Assembly (NCBI RefSeq): GCF_006345805.1
Contig: NC_043014.1
Span: 1,178,001-1,242,000 of the forward strand
Direction: 5' to 3'
Length of the DNA: 64,000 nt
Source: Octopus sinensis
Taxonomy: Eukaryota
Of this stretch, positions 40,554 to 52,802 are shown piece after piece. The notes under the pieces are model-generated. The model worked only from the letters and a program-made list of their open reading frames with translations, was not told where the DNA came from and did no database searches. The position numbers and the translations under genes were made by a program. The first letter of the stretch is position 1. Each line of letters starts with the position of its first letter.

Positions 40554-41096
40554 GTCATTATTATTGTTATTATTATTGTTATTATTATTATTATCACGAT
40601 CGGATGGTGTACGTGGCCGTAGCCAGTACACCATCCGATCGTGGCCGTGCCAGCCTCGCCTGGCCTCCATGCCGGTGGCATGTAAAAAACACCATCCAAG
40701 TGTGGCCGTTCGCCAGCCTCGTCTGGCACCTGTGCCGGTGGCACATAAATAGAACCCACTACACTCTTGGAGTGGTTGGTGTTAGGAAGGGCATCCAGCT
40801 GTAGAAACACTGCCAGATCAGACTGGAGCCTGGTGCAGCTGCTGGTTCTCCAGACCCCGGTCAGACTGTCCAACCCGTGCCAGCATGGAAAGCGGACGTT
40901 AAACGATGATGATGATTATTATTGTTATTGTTATTATTATTATTGTTGTTATTGTTATTATTATTGTTGTTGTTGTTATAATTGTTGTTGTTTTGTGTTT
41001 TGTCTTTCAGAATCTCCTGGTTTGTGGTTGTTACCTTTACAGTTTAACCCAATCAACACAGTTGCTGAGAATGTCACAGATCCATATGGGGTTTAA
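30080..41096 (+). CDS. ZDHHC: DHHC-domain palmitoyltransferase (Dnz1/ZDHHC3-like), 5'-partial; join(30080..30189,31479..31540,33810..33897,35116..35188,36153..36261,41011..41096)
   Basis: Six exons with canonical AG/GT ends and matching phases splice to 175 aa: [175 protein letters not shown]. This contains the DHHC cysteine-rich domain, TM3/TM4, a TTxE-like motif (ETAVE) and a PaCCT-like motif (VFG..W..P). The closest match from memory is Drosophila Dnz1. Confidence 0.95.
31479..31540 (+). CDS. ZDHHC: ZDHHC exon: (W)[20 protein letters not shown]
   Basis: tttaacag|G ... ACAG|gtacgt; completes the DHHCPWINNCVG motif. Confidence 0.95.
31958..32347 (-). mobile_element. SINE family B, near full length, (TAAAAGAG)-type tail
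   Basis: Minus-strand tRNA-like head (GGCTCTGTGGTAAGTAGCTTGCTAACCAACCACATGGTTCCGGGTTCAGTCCCACTGCG) plus body; nearly identical to 52803-53157. Confidence 0.85.
33093..33530 (+). mobile_element. Two tandem SINE family A copies (33093-33270, 33318-33530)
   Basis: Two GTGGCGAGCTGGCAGA heads, each with B box and core. Confidence 0.75.
33810..33897 (+). CDS. ZDHHC: ZDHHC exon: TM3 (G)[28 protein letters not shown]
   Basis: ttctctgcag|GT ... AATT|gtaagt; phase 1 in, phase 2 out. Confidence 0.9.
35116..35188 (+). CDS. ZDHHC: ZDHHC exon: TM4 (L)[24 protein letters not shown]
   Basis: atttgcag|A ... CAG|gtaagt; matches the HSV..L..S..FGLFV.AI..DQ pattern of Dnz1-like proteins. Confidence 0.92.
36153..36261 (+). 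CDS. ZDHHC: ZDHHC exon: [36 protein letters not shown]
   Basis: (TC)n tract + cccag|GTA ... CGAG|gtaaca; DETAVE and EVFG motifs. Confidence 0.92.
37447..37673. mobile_element. piggyBac-like MITE
   Basis: TTAA-CCTTTTAGTATT ... AATACTAAAGGG-TTAA. Confidence 0.8.
38255..38460. repeat. (ACC)n degenerate trinucleotide repeat
   Basis: Direct reading. Confidence 0.9.
38779..39897. repeat. 16-bp minisatellite (GGTGACTGTTGACCAA) with a 120-bp higher-order repeat
   Basis: Direct reading; 39481-39600 is identical to 39601-39720. Confidence 0.95.
40025..40335 (+). mobile_element. SINE family E (tRNA-like head, CORE-like middle)
   Basis: GTGGCTTAGTGGTCAGGG A-box-like head; TTGAGCAAGA...CTCCAGTCCACTCAGCTG middle; related pieces at ~3040-3120(-), 7700-7870, 9760-10125(-), 34120-34430. 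Confidence 0.6.
40595..40915 (+). mobile_element. SINE-like family D with (GAT)n tail
   Basis: GAGTGGTTGG.GTTAGGAAGGGCATCCAGCTGTAGAAAC...GGACGTTAAACGATGATGAT; shared with 2762-2905, 12995-13152, 42345-42737, 44205-44405, 61531-61848(-), 62240-62455, 63015-63331(-). Confidence 0.85.
41011..41096 (+). CDS. ZDHHC: ZDHHC last coding exon: (E)[27 protein letters not shown]
   Basis: tgtctttcag|AA; LWLLP motif; TAA at 41094-41096. Confidence 0.88.
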
Positions 41097-41752
41097 TGAC
41101 CACCACCGCTGGTTCATGGCATCATCATCATCATCCTCATCACCACCACCACCATCATCATCATCATCGCTATCGACACCACCATCAGTCATCACCATTA
41201 CCATCCTTACCATCATCATCATCATCATAACAGTTGCAATGATCAATTCAACCATTTCATCATTTTCAACACTTTTTCTTTTTCTTTTCTATTTGATATT
41301 TTTATTTTCTGACCACGCCCTCCCCCACCCCCAACCACTATATCTGTTAGACTTTTCTACTCCCACTCCCCCACCCACCGCTATCTGTTTCTAGACCAAT
41401 TTGACCTCCCCCCCCATCGCCCCACCGTATCACTACCAGCCATTGTTATTGTTAGATCCTCCACCCAGTCCCCTCCCCACCCATTAATTGTAGCATCGTT
41501 AGACCTGTCCAACCCTTCCCCTTCCACCCCCACATGCTGCTAATTTTGTCTGACCATTCTTGTAATTCCAGCTTCTTTCTTTCTTTCTTTCTTTTTTTTT
41601 ATCCCTTTTCGATCCCACCTGGCAGGGTCCTTTAAACAATAGCTGCTTTACTGAACCCAACTTTCAATTTTTTCCCATTTTTGACCAGTACCCCCCTGAC
41701 TATCAGGGGGTACTGTTATATCGATCATGCTACCAAGACTTCTACTATACAT

Positions 41753-41794
<42 letters not shown>

Positions 41795-42344
41795 GGCTTG
41801 ATCTCCTCAACAATTTTTGCTACATTCCACAATAATCTTTGTTTTTCTTCTCATTTTTTGTTTCTTCAAACATTTTTTTTTGTTTAATTTTTCTCTTGTT
41901 TTTCTTTTTTATTTGTTTGATTTTATTTATTAATGCTCTTTTTACTGCATATTTTGTTTTGTTTTTCCTCTTTTGTTTTGTTATTAATTAAAATAATCTC
42001 AGCCCCCCCTCCTCCGCATATTAATTCTTTCTTAAATAACATCTAACGAGAATGGTAAAGATTAATTAGACGGAGCTTTAATCTCACTGACAGACCAATT
42101 CCATTGAAGAATCTATTTCTAGACTTCATAAAATATAATTTTACTTCTTTGTAACCTCTGGAGAGAAAGAGCTAAATGGCAGTTCATGGTGAAGAATTTT
42201 GATTCCAACTTAAAATTGGTAGGTTTGATGGAGTATTACGGCTGTGTCTTCATACACTGGCTTCTAAATCTACATCTTTAGATGACTTATTCGGGAGATA
42301 TAAGTGTATGTGTACATGTGTGTGTATATATATATTTATATAGC

Positions 42345-42737
42345 AACAAGCTGGCCTCCATGCTGTAAAAAGCACCATTCGAGCGTGATCGTTACCTGTG
42401 TTACCTTACTGGCACTTGTGCTGGTGGCATGTGAACAATACATTTGAGCAAGGTCATTGCTAGAGCCGCTGGACTGGCTCCTGTGCAGGTGACACATAAA
42501 AAGCACCATTTGAGCATGGCCGCTGCCAGTACCGCCTGACTGGCCCTCATGCTGGTGGCATGTAAAAAGCACCCATAACACTCTTGGAGTGGTTGGCGTT
42601 AGGAAGGGCATCCAGCTGTAGAAACTCTGCCAGATCAAGACTGGAGCCTGGTGCAGCCATCTGGTTCTTCAGACTTCAGTCAAATCATCCAACCCATGCT
42701 AGCATGGAAAGCAGATGTTAAACGATGATGATGATGA
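42345..42737 (+). mobile_element. SINE-like family D
   Basis: Same body and (GAT)n tail. Confidence 0.8.
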
Positions 42738-42747
42738 TATATACATA

Positions 42748-43614
42748 CAGGGTGGGTGAAAAGTAAGTAGGTATTAAAAATTGGTGCTAAAATCCATATT
42801 CCTTTTACAAATTCATTGAAATAAATGCTACATGTTCTTTATTAATTGGCAAAATGAAATTAAATCTTCATATTTCAACATAAGCACCAGTGGCATCAAC
42901 CAGGTTCCTCAAATGGCTAAGGATGGAATGAAGAACCTTCTGAAGGACATCATCTGGGATATCATTGAGAACCTCCTGAATCCATGAATCTAAGTCCTCA
43001 AGTGTGTGCGAGGGTTTTGTCTTGTAAACCTCCTCTTTTGTGTAACTCCACAGATAAAAATCACATGGAGTGAGTTCTGAACTTCTTGGAGTTCTGCAGT
43101 CACAGTCTTCAGGTTTTAGCTCCTGCACGTAATGGGGTTTGTATGGGCAAAAATTCAATTCTTTATGCAATCCCATACATATTGTGTGTCGTGTCAGTCC
43201 ACTTTCACGAGCTGCTTGACCAGTTGATTTTTGCTGGCTGCAATTAAACATTTCCTGAACTGTTGCCTCATTCTCCACTGACCGGGATGTGGTTGGATGG
43301 CTACTTCTTGCATCATTCACAGAGCCCGTAGTCATCAGCTTTGCATGACAACTTTTTATTGTCTCAGGATGTAGTATTGCATGCTTACCTTTCCATGCAT
43401 GCCACCATCTCTGAACCAAAACAATAGAATTCCACACTTCATTGCATGCTGCTATCTTAGCTCACTCCTGAGCAGTCAAGTGACTGACCATCTGGAAAAT
43501 AAGACAATAAGAAATAAGAAATCCCCACTTTTAAAAGATATTTTGTCATGACTTCAGAGTAACTAAAAATTCTTTAAGCAATTTCTAATGCCTACTTACT
43601 TTCCACCCACCCTG
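42748..43614 (-). mobile_element. Tc1/mariner element with internally deleted transposase (189-aa ORF 42868-43437)
   Basis: ~29-bp inverted ends CAGGGTGGGTGAAAAGTAAGTAGGTATTA; the ORF has a HTH-like N-terminus joined to PRSSELTPCDFYLW and a GAYVE C-terminus. Confidence 0.9.
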
Positions 43615-43622
43615 TGTATATA

Positions 43623-44165
43623 CAGGGTTATTCAAAAAGAAAGAGCAGATTTTAAATTTATTTTAAAAATAAACGGTAAGAGGACACAAGCACATTCTAC
43701 ATTTTTCTTGATAGGAGAAGGTTTAAAGTTTATTTCAAAGTAGTATGCACTCAACATGAGCACTGGTGCTTTTTTCCTTTACAAATGCAACCTTTTTCTG
43801 TGAAATTTTTATACCATTCGTAAATTTGGGACGAAGTGGATTTTTATTGGATTGGCAGCAAAATTCATGTTGCACAATCGATTTGCATTTCTCAAACTGC
43901 AGCACACAAAAAGACTTTTCTTGTGGCATCGCCATTCTCTAAGGGATTACACAAATGAAAATTATGCAACTTTAAATAAAATGAACAAAACGAAATATAA
44001 AAACAAAATTAAAATATCTTATTTAAGGCTTAATCCAATCGATTCTGTTCAGTTTATAAACTTTAAATCTTCTCCTATCAAGAAATATGTAGAATGTGTT
44101 CGTGTCTCTTACCGTTTGTTTTAGAAATAAATTTGAAATCTGCTCTTTCTTTTTGAATAACCCTG
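43623..44165 (-). mobile_element. Tc1/mariner MITE with ~110-bp inverted ends and an N-terminal transposase remnant
   Basis: CAGGGTTATTCAAAAAGAAAGAGCAGATTT... repeated in inverted form at the right end; internal ORF MAMPQEKSFCVLQFEKCKSIVQHEF. Confidence 0.85.
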
Positions 44166-45296
44166 TGTATTTAGAAGACCCATAAAGCCGAGTAAAATCA
44201 CAGTCAAGGCAAATACCAGTGTCACACAAATGGCACTCATTACACTCTTGGAGTGTAATGGCATTAGGAAGAACATCCAACCATAGGAACCATGCCAAAT
44301 CAGACTGGAGTCTGGTGCAGGCTTCCAGCTTGCCAGTCCTCAGTCAAACCATCCAACCTATTCCAGCATGGACAACGGACACTAAATGATGATGATGATG
44401 ATGATATTATATATATATATATGTGTAATAAATTGCTTAACTTCCAACCTGTAGACAATATGTCTGCCGTTTAGAGAAAATCGTTTCAAAGGTGGCTGGA
44501 AATGAAACCCGATATTATTTTGATTCTATAAATCAGCTTCGTCGCCCTACATCTACTTAAAGAGGCAGATTTATGTAGACTTCAGTCTGTTAAGAATCAC
44601 ACGATCCCAATTATAAAATCAAGAAATACAAGTGACCAACCTCCTCCTTGTTCCCATTCTGAATTTTAACTCCATCCACTTTAATTAAAAGCTGAATTTC
44701 TTTTTTTTTCTTATTTACACGAAGCAACCAAATCATTCTCTCTTTTATTTTCCACAATTGGTTCTGAAGAAATAACTGTTCTGGAATAAACCTTACATTA
44801 TATGCATGACTAAATCATAGTTATCATCCATGTCTGGGGGGAACCAATGAAGGAACCTCTACAGGATCACACGACCTGTTAAATATGGCAGCCGAATTTC
44901 CCTCAAATCATAATTTACTATCTTAAAATGAAAAACAAAGGTAATTTACTCTTAGTGACTTCTAAAAGCAAACAACCCCTAAAATAAACAGGATGGTCAT
45001 GGCTGAAATGCTTAAATCTGGAATCAAAGTTCTGAGCCTAAATAATGAAAACAAAATTAATTCTTGAAACCTTCACACATCCAACCCTCTCCCCACTGAC
45101 ACACCCATTGTTTTGATGGACCAAATTGTCTGGTCATACCTAAAGGTTTCATGCAATTAACTTCAGGGAATATTGACGAGTCTCAGATAGAAATGGAATG
45201 GTCTTTTTTTTTTCCAGGTATTTAGGAAAGTTGGTCATCTTTTGATTGATTCCATGCTTAACAATAGGATTGGTCAGATGATGAATCTTGTTACAT

Positions 45297-45457
45297 TGTG
45301 AGTTCAAATTCCGCCAAGGTCGACTTTGCCTTTCATCCTTTCGGGTTGATAAATTAAGTACCAGTTACGCACTGGGGTCAATGTAATCAACTTAATCCGT
45401 TTGTCTGTCCTTGCTTGTCCCCTCTGTATTTAGCCCCTTGTGGGTAGTAAAGAAATA
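45297..45457 (+). mobile_element. SINE family A, 5'-truncated
   Basis: Near identical to 1-163. Confidence 0.85.
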
Positions 45458-45719
45458 GGTAGTTTTGTTGCTGTTGAGATGTCCACTCATATTGACCAAT
45501 AGTTTTGTTTTAGAGCTGATCACATGACTAGCTGTGTTTGGCAGGTATCAGGTGATACCTCTGCCATCAATTATCACCTGGCAGCCATATTTCAGGGTTA
45601 ATCATGTGTGTGTCACTTGTTGATGTTTGCTCTTTTGGTCAGGCAGTTCTGTCTTTGAGCCAATCAAAGGTTTCATAATGTTTGTGACGTCATATGCTCC
45701 TTCTTTCAGGTATTGGGAG

Positions 45720-47440
45720 GTTGTTCTGTTTTAATGTTGATTACCTGGTGTTGTTGGTGGTGTTTGTAATCTAGGTGGGCAAGTCTTACTTTGGAATTAG
45801 TTTGCAGAAATTTTGTTACATGACAACGAATTGAGATGAGTTTGGATTGAGACTGATTGTGGATGGTGTGGAAATCTGTTTCTGTGTGTTGCTGCTCTAT
45901 CAGTATCATGTGATATGTTTAATTTTGTATCTTTTAATTTCCAAATGTGTTTAGACAGTGCTGTGGATTTTTCCAGGTGGAAGTGGCAGAATGGATTATT
46001 TTGGGCATGCCGACAACTTTTGAGCGTGCTTTCTATTAGCCCTACGTAGCAGGTTGAGGTCAGTGCAGTATATTGTATGTCATTTGTGATATTTAACTTT
46101 AATGGAGCAGACCTCTGTGTTGTGGCAGTTGTTGCTGTAGGATATTTGCATTGTGGCTCTGTGATGCTTCAGAACAGTTTTCTCATACAGCAGAAGTTTA
46201 CCTTTATGTTGTTCTTGTTGAACAGTTGGTGGAATCTGTGCCCACGTGGGAAGTATTTGCCAAAGAGTGAGAGGCAGTGTTTTGCAACCCTTTTTTTTCA
46301 TATCAGTATTGTTTGGTGGATTATAGCTTGTAATGTTCCCCTTTTTTGTATGGTTGGTGAAGGTTGTTTGTTTCTGGTGAATATTTGATTTTGTCTGGGT
46401 AGAAACTGTGCAGCCATACCTTGTAGTAATATTCAGTGGATTTGTTGAATATGGCTCCATCTGTGGATAAAATCAACAATCTGTTACCAAGTGTCAGGTG
46501 TTAGTCTCAGGTTAGTGGTTTAATTGTTCACAACTATATAAAGGGGTGATGGTAGTTTTTTGAAGGCTTATATGACCTCAAGGTTAGGTCAAAGGTGATA
46601 TACAGGAAGTTTACTTTTGTCAGATTAGTTTCTGCTTTCTCATTCCAACTGAATACTTTCAAAGATGGTACAGTTTGTTTCTTGGGGGTCTGCTGAGCAT
46701 CCACTTGCATCATTTGTGAGCATGAGTCCATTGTCCCTTTACAGGTCTGGCCGATGCCATGAAAAACAATACCTCTAAGTTTTGCAGTTGGAACAAACCT
46801 ATCAACTCACAGATTTCCGTGCATTCATGACTTCCCATGCTGACGACATGGAGATTGCCTGCTTCAGTCTTCTTAATCCAACATGTGTTGTTGATGAAGT
46901 AAAACAAGCTTCTGACATGCATAATAATCCACAAATTGACCTGTGATATCCATGTATTCATTTCTAAAGTAAATAGCTTTTTGGAGAAGGTCTTCACTGA
47001 TTGATGAGTGATAAGTCAACAATATTTAGTTATATGAATCTGCAACTATTTTCCTTTATGGTGCTGTTAAACTACTTGAAGATGGCCATTGTGTTGTTCC
47101 ATAGTTTCAAATTGTGGATTGTTTGATTTTTTTTGTTTATATTGGCTGAAGACTGCCTTGCTAACTACGCTCAGGTCATTATTTTTTTTGTATCTATCAG
47201 TCTTACATCGAAGTAAATTGTCCGAGTTACTTTTATGGTCTTTGAGTGTAATGAATGGGTTTTTTTCATGAGATATTTCAGTTTTCCTTGGATTTTTTGC
47301 TCTTTCATTACAGATTGTACTTGTAAGTTTGTTATATCTCTGATGATGTTTTGTGGCAATTTTGTGATGTGGTGGTTACAATTAATTAATGGTCAGGTTG
47401 TTGAGTGTTAAATAAGAGCATTTACTGATGAAAGAATTCT
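45720..47440 (-). mobile_element. Decayed Penelope-like retroelement (RT + GIY-YIG)
   Basis: Frameshifted but ordered motifs: PFITLKDHK; IIMHVRSLFYFINNTCWIKK...VSMGSHECTEICELIGL; ETNLTKVNFLYITFDL...YKP; NITSYNPP; KYFPRGHRFHQLFNKNNIKVNFCCM; YVGLIESTLK...KSTALSKHIWKLKD. Confidence 0.85.
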
Positions 47441-48254
47441 GTAAAGTTACATGAAATCACAGACTGCCCTTATATATATATATATATATATATGACAGGC
47501 TTCTTTTAGTTTTTGTGTATCAACTCCATTCAAAAAGCTTTGGTTGACCCTGGGCTATAGTTGAAGATGCTTGCTCAAGGTGCCAAACAGTAGAATTGAA
47601 CCTGGGACCATGTGGTTGGAAGCAAACTTCTTAACCACACAGCCACACCTGTAAAATAACACACACACACACACCTATGCATTTTCTCTCTCAAACACCG
47701 GAGCATGGCTGTAGACTCCACCAGTTGAAATGTATTTTAAATAACAATAGAAAAACTGAGGTTAAAACTAGTTTTATGTGGGACTTGAGTGAGGATGTCT
47801 GGGCCTGTGGGACAACCTCAGCTGTGGGACTGTGGGACTGTGGGACAACCTCAGCTGATATATAAATAATTAACAAACAGCATCAGGTATGGAAGCTCAC
47901 TATTCTTGGTTCAAATCCGTCTGGGGTCAATCCAGATGTACCTATTGATATTGCAGGTACCAGTAATCTACTTGGGCTGGAAGGGCATCATCTTAATTGA
48001 CTCCCTCCCCTCCAACCTCTTACACTGCCAAGTTGATAATGAATTGTTTAATGAAATGTAATTATGTTTAATTAACCTTTACCATTCTTTGTTGCTTGTT
48101 ATTTCAATATTTTGCTTCAAGTGGGTTTATGTCTGTAAACGCATTCTTATATATCATACGCACACATACACACACACACACACACACAAACGCACTCAGG
48201 CATTCATGCATTTGCAGTATAGAAACAAGTGTATATCTATCAATCTATCTATCT

Positions 48255-48480
48255 TATTTCTTTACTGCCCACAAGGGGTTACACACAGAGGGGACAAACA
48301 AGGACAGATAAAAGGATTAAGTTGATTGCATCAACCCCAGTGCGTAACTGGTACTTAATTTATTGACCCCGTAAGGATGAAAGGCAAAGTCGACCTCAGC
48401 GGAATTTGAACTCAGAATGTAAAGACAGATGAAATGCCGCTAAGCATTTCCGCCCAGTGTGCTAACGTTTCTGCCAGCTC
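48255..48480 (-). mobile_element. SINE family A
   Basis: Reverse complement of the family A sequence. Confidence 0.85.
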
Positions 48481-49719
48481 AACGTCTTCAATCTATTTGT
48501 CTGTCTATCTATCCACACACACACACACAGAATTGACCAAATTCCTGGAAACACCTATTTTTTTGTATCCTTTGCTGGAACAATCATTCTTCATTGGATG
48601 TGGTTCCATTATTCAGTGTTAGGTTGCGGAACTGAGGGATTGATAAGATATTACTGTCGAAATCCCCACCATCATACTTTACCCTTGGCGCCAGAAAGTC
48701 ACTCAAAACCTCTAAAATTTGCTGCTGTGTTCCCTGGAAGAAAACCTAACCAGAATTTAGAGGAATTTCAAGAGAGTGTAATTAAAAAATAACGATAAAA
48801 ATTAATTAAATGTACATTTAATTAGTTCTGTAATTAGATATAAGATATACTTTATCAGAGACACAGAAAAGTAAGTTTTTTTTTTTTTTTATTGAATGTT
48901 TAAAGTTGTTCCCCTGACGGAGTTGTTAGAACATTGGGAAAAATGCTTTGAGGTCTTTCCTCTGACTCTGTATACTGTGAGTTCAAGTTCCACTGAGGTC
49001 AACTTTGCCTTTCATCCTTTCAGGGTTGATAAAAATAAGGACCAACTGAGTACTGGGTATTGTGTAATCAACTTACTCCCCAATCCTTAAAATCGCTGGC
49101 CTTGTGCCAAAATTTGAAGCCATTAATCACTGAATATTCATCATTATCATCATCATCATCATCATGATAATGTCCGCTTCCCTATGCCATCACGGTTTGG
49201 ACAAAGTTTATTGGGGCAGATTCTTTAAAGCCAGATTTCCTTCTGGTCGTTAACCCTCACCTGCTTCCAAGCCAGGTAACAACACCCCATGGCCGGACAT
49301 GTTTTCACAGAATTTTGGAAATAAATGACAGTGACACTCATTTACAATTGCCACATGATGTCAAGACAAGCTGGCACTAAAACACACACACACATACATA
49401 CCTACACACACATACATACATGCTGGGCTTCTTTCAGTTTCCGTCTACCAAATCCACTCACAAGGCTTTGGTTGACTTGAGACTATAGTAGAAGTTACTT
49501 GCCCAAGGTGCCACGTAGTAGGATTGAACCGGAAACCATGTGGTTGGGAAGCAAACTTCTCAGCTCACAGCTACACTTGTCCCTCGTTATAGATTAATTA
49601 AGTCTTGGTTAATTTGAAATTTCATTACCAAAAATCCCCCTAAAAAGTTTGTTTCAATATTTTGTCCAAATCCTGTGTGTGTGTGTATGTGTGTGTGTGT
49701 GTGTATGTGTGTGTGTGTG

Positions 49720-51700
49720 TGTGTGTGTGCGTGTGTGTGTGTGTGTCTGTGTGTGTGTGTGTGCGTGTGTGTGTGTCTGTACACACACTCTAACCTTAAT
49801 GGTCAACAGTCAACAAAATTGTAAAAAAAAATCACAATAACCAGCAAAATAGCAAATTGCATAATAATAATAATAATAATAATAATAATGCTAAAGTGTC
49901 CAAAAGCAAAATGTATGAGCGCCGTTCCTTCCATGCCCTCCTCTCCCAGAATGTTCTATGGAAGAACGAACAAATCAGAATTGTTATTTCAAGCAAGTTA
50001 TACAATCTATCATATTTATTAAATTATTGTTTCTCATGTTGGTGTTGTTGTTGCTTTATTTCTACCAGACTTTGTTGTTGTTGTTGTTTAAATTACAGAA
50101 GACATATTCCCTCTCTCTCTCTCTCTCTTTGGAGAGGCACTGAGCACCTCCACACACACATATACACACATGGCAGTAACTTCTGCCTACCGAATTCAAT
50201 GACAAAGCTTCGGTCAGCTCGGGGCCATAGTGGAAGACACCTACCCAAAGTGCCACGCAGTGGGACTGAACCCGAAGCCATGTAGCTAGGAAGCAAGCTC
50301 CCTAACCACACAGCCATGCCCGTGCCTACAGATGGTTATAGATGATTTTTTTTAGATTTATTCCATAAGCTGTGTGTGTGTGTGGTGTGTGTGTGCGTGT
50401 GTGTGTGTGTCTGTGTGTGTGTGTGTGCGTGTGTGTGTGTCTGTACACACACTCTAACCTTAATGGTCAACAGTCAACAAAATTGTAAAAAAAAATCACA
50501 ATAACCAGCAAAATAGCAAATTGCATAATAATAATAATAATAATAATAATGCTAAAGTGTCCAAAAGCAAAATGTATGAGCGCCGTTCCTTCCATGCCCT
50601 CCTCTCCCAGAATGTTCTATGGAAGAACGAACAAATCAGAATTGTTATTTCAAGCAAGTTATACAATCTATCATATTTATTAAATTATTGTTTCTCATGT
50701 TGGTGTTGTTGTTGCTTTATTTCTACCAGACTTTGTTGTTGTTGTTGTTTAAATTACAGAAGACATATTCCCTCTCTCTCTCTCTCTCTCTTTCGGAGAG
50801 GCACTGAGCACCTCCACACACACATACACACACGGCAGTAACTTCCACCTACCGAATTCAATCACAAAGCTCCGGTCGGCTCGGGGCTATAGTGGAAGAC
50901 ACCTACCCAAAGTGCCACGCAGTGGGACTGAACCCAAAACCATGTAGCTAGGAAGCAAGCTCCCTAACCACACAGCCATGCCCGTGCCTACAGATGGTTA
51001 TAGATGATTTTTTTTAGATTATTCCATAAAGCTGTGTGTGTGTGTGTGTGTGTGGTGTGTGTGTGCGTGTGTGTGTGTGTCTGTGTGTGTGTGTGTGCGT
51101 GTGTGTGTGTCTGTACACACACTCTAACCTTAATGGTCAACAGTCAACAAAATTGTAAAAAAAAATCACAATAACCAGCAAAATAGCAAATTGCATAATA
51201 ATAATAATAATAATAATAATGCTAAAGTGTCCAAAAGCAAAATGTATGAGCGCCGTTCCTTCCATGCCCTCCTCTCCCAGAATGTTCTATGGAAGAACGA
51301 ACAAATCAGAATTGTTATTTCAAGCAAGTTATACAATCTATCATATTTATTAAATTATTGTTTCTCATGTTGGTGTTGTTGTTGCTTTATTTCTACCAGA
51401 CTTTGTTGTTGTTGTTGTTTAAATTACAGAAGACATATTCCCTCCCTCTCTCTCTCTCTTTGGAGAGGCACTGAGCACCTCCACACACATATACACACAT
51501 GGCAGTAACTTCTGCCTACCGAATTCAATGACAAAGCTTCGGTCAGCTCGGGGCCATAGTGGAAGACACCTACCCAAAGTGCCACGCAGTGGGACTGAAC
51601 CCGAAGCCATGTAGCTAGGAAGCAAGCTCCCTAACCACACAGCCATGCCCGTGCCTACAGATGGTTATAGATGATTTTTTTTAGATTTATTCCATAAAGC

Positions 51701-51715
<15 letters not shown>
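49720..51715. repeat. Tandem triplication of a ~665-bp unit containing a SINE B head
   Basis: CTCTAACCTTAATGG at 49788, 50452 and 51122 (periods 664 and 670). Confidence 0.95.
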
Positions 51716-51771
<56 letters not shown>

Positions 51772-52039
51772 AATGGAACAAAAATGCAATAGAGGACCTT
51801 AAAACAGGGGACCAGAAGCCAAGAGAGGGACTAGAATGTTTGAGAAAACCCTGTTTATGCCATTGCTTCACGCTGATGGGTTGGTTAATCCATGTGGAAC
51901 TTTGGTGGTTTGCTTGTGATGTCTGCTGCATATCCAGGGATTTGGTTTCAAATCACCGCTACAATTGTGCTTTTTCAGCTCACTAAAGAATCTAAAGAGA
52001 CCAAAATATTAAAAGAGAAACCAACAAAAGAATTTTTTT

Positions 52040-52300
52040 AAAATCTTATAAAAAAAAATGTCCATGCAACAAGAAAGTTCCAAGTTCTGTTTTTTTTTTC
52101 CTTCTTGCAAACTATAAGAAGAATCTGAAGAAATTTTATTTGCTGTGAAATTTGCTTCAAACTGAGAAAGTCAGACGGAAGGATCTCTGGTGTATGGAGA
52201 TGAAGCGAAGGACAAAGCAGCTGGAATAACCAAACTATCACTATTTTTGGGAAAAAAAAAGAAAAAGAAAAAAGGGACAGCCCAGGGGAAGTTGCCATTC
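52040..52300 (+). mobile_element. Possible mariner N-terminal remnant
   Basis: Frameshifted FAVKF.FKLRKS...VYGDEA resembles mariner AIKFCFKLGKS...VYGDEA. Confidence 0.35.
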
Positions 52301-52802
52301 TTTTTAAACAGAAATTAGTTGGAACGAAACAAATGAATGGATATTAACAGGTGAAATACTGGTCAGCAAACTTCAGAATCAACTTCACTCTGGAATCATT
52401 TATTCAAGGGGAAAAGAGTCTTTCCTTGGTGCTGAGGGGGAGATTTGGCTGCTATTTTGATCAAGAAGAAAAATGCACCCAAGCTAACAATGTTATCAAC
52501 GTCATAGCTTGCAGAGAGAGCAGCTGCAGTGGTAAGAATGGTATGTGCAGCAGTGGATGCTCCCTTTGATCTTCTCATCATTGTGGTGGTCGTTATGAAT
52601 TGATGTTTAGGCGCTTAATGAGTTGGGTCTCTTCTGTTAAGAAAGGATTTCGTTTCTAATAAAGAGACAAATGTCCATCGTTAAATAACAAAAAAACATT
52701 TTCACATTTTGAACTTTAGAAACATCTTGCATCTTTTTAGTGTTTTTTTTTTACCGATTGCAGTTGCAATGTGCATCTGAGCTGGTTGGTTTTCATATAC
52801 TC

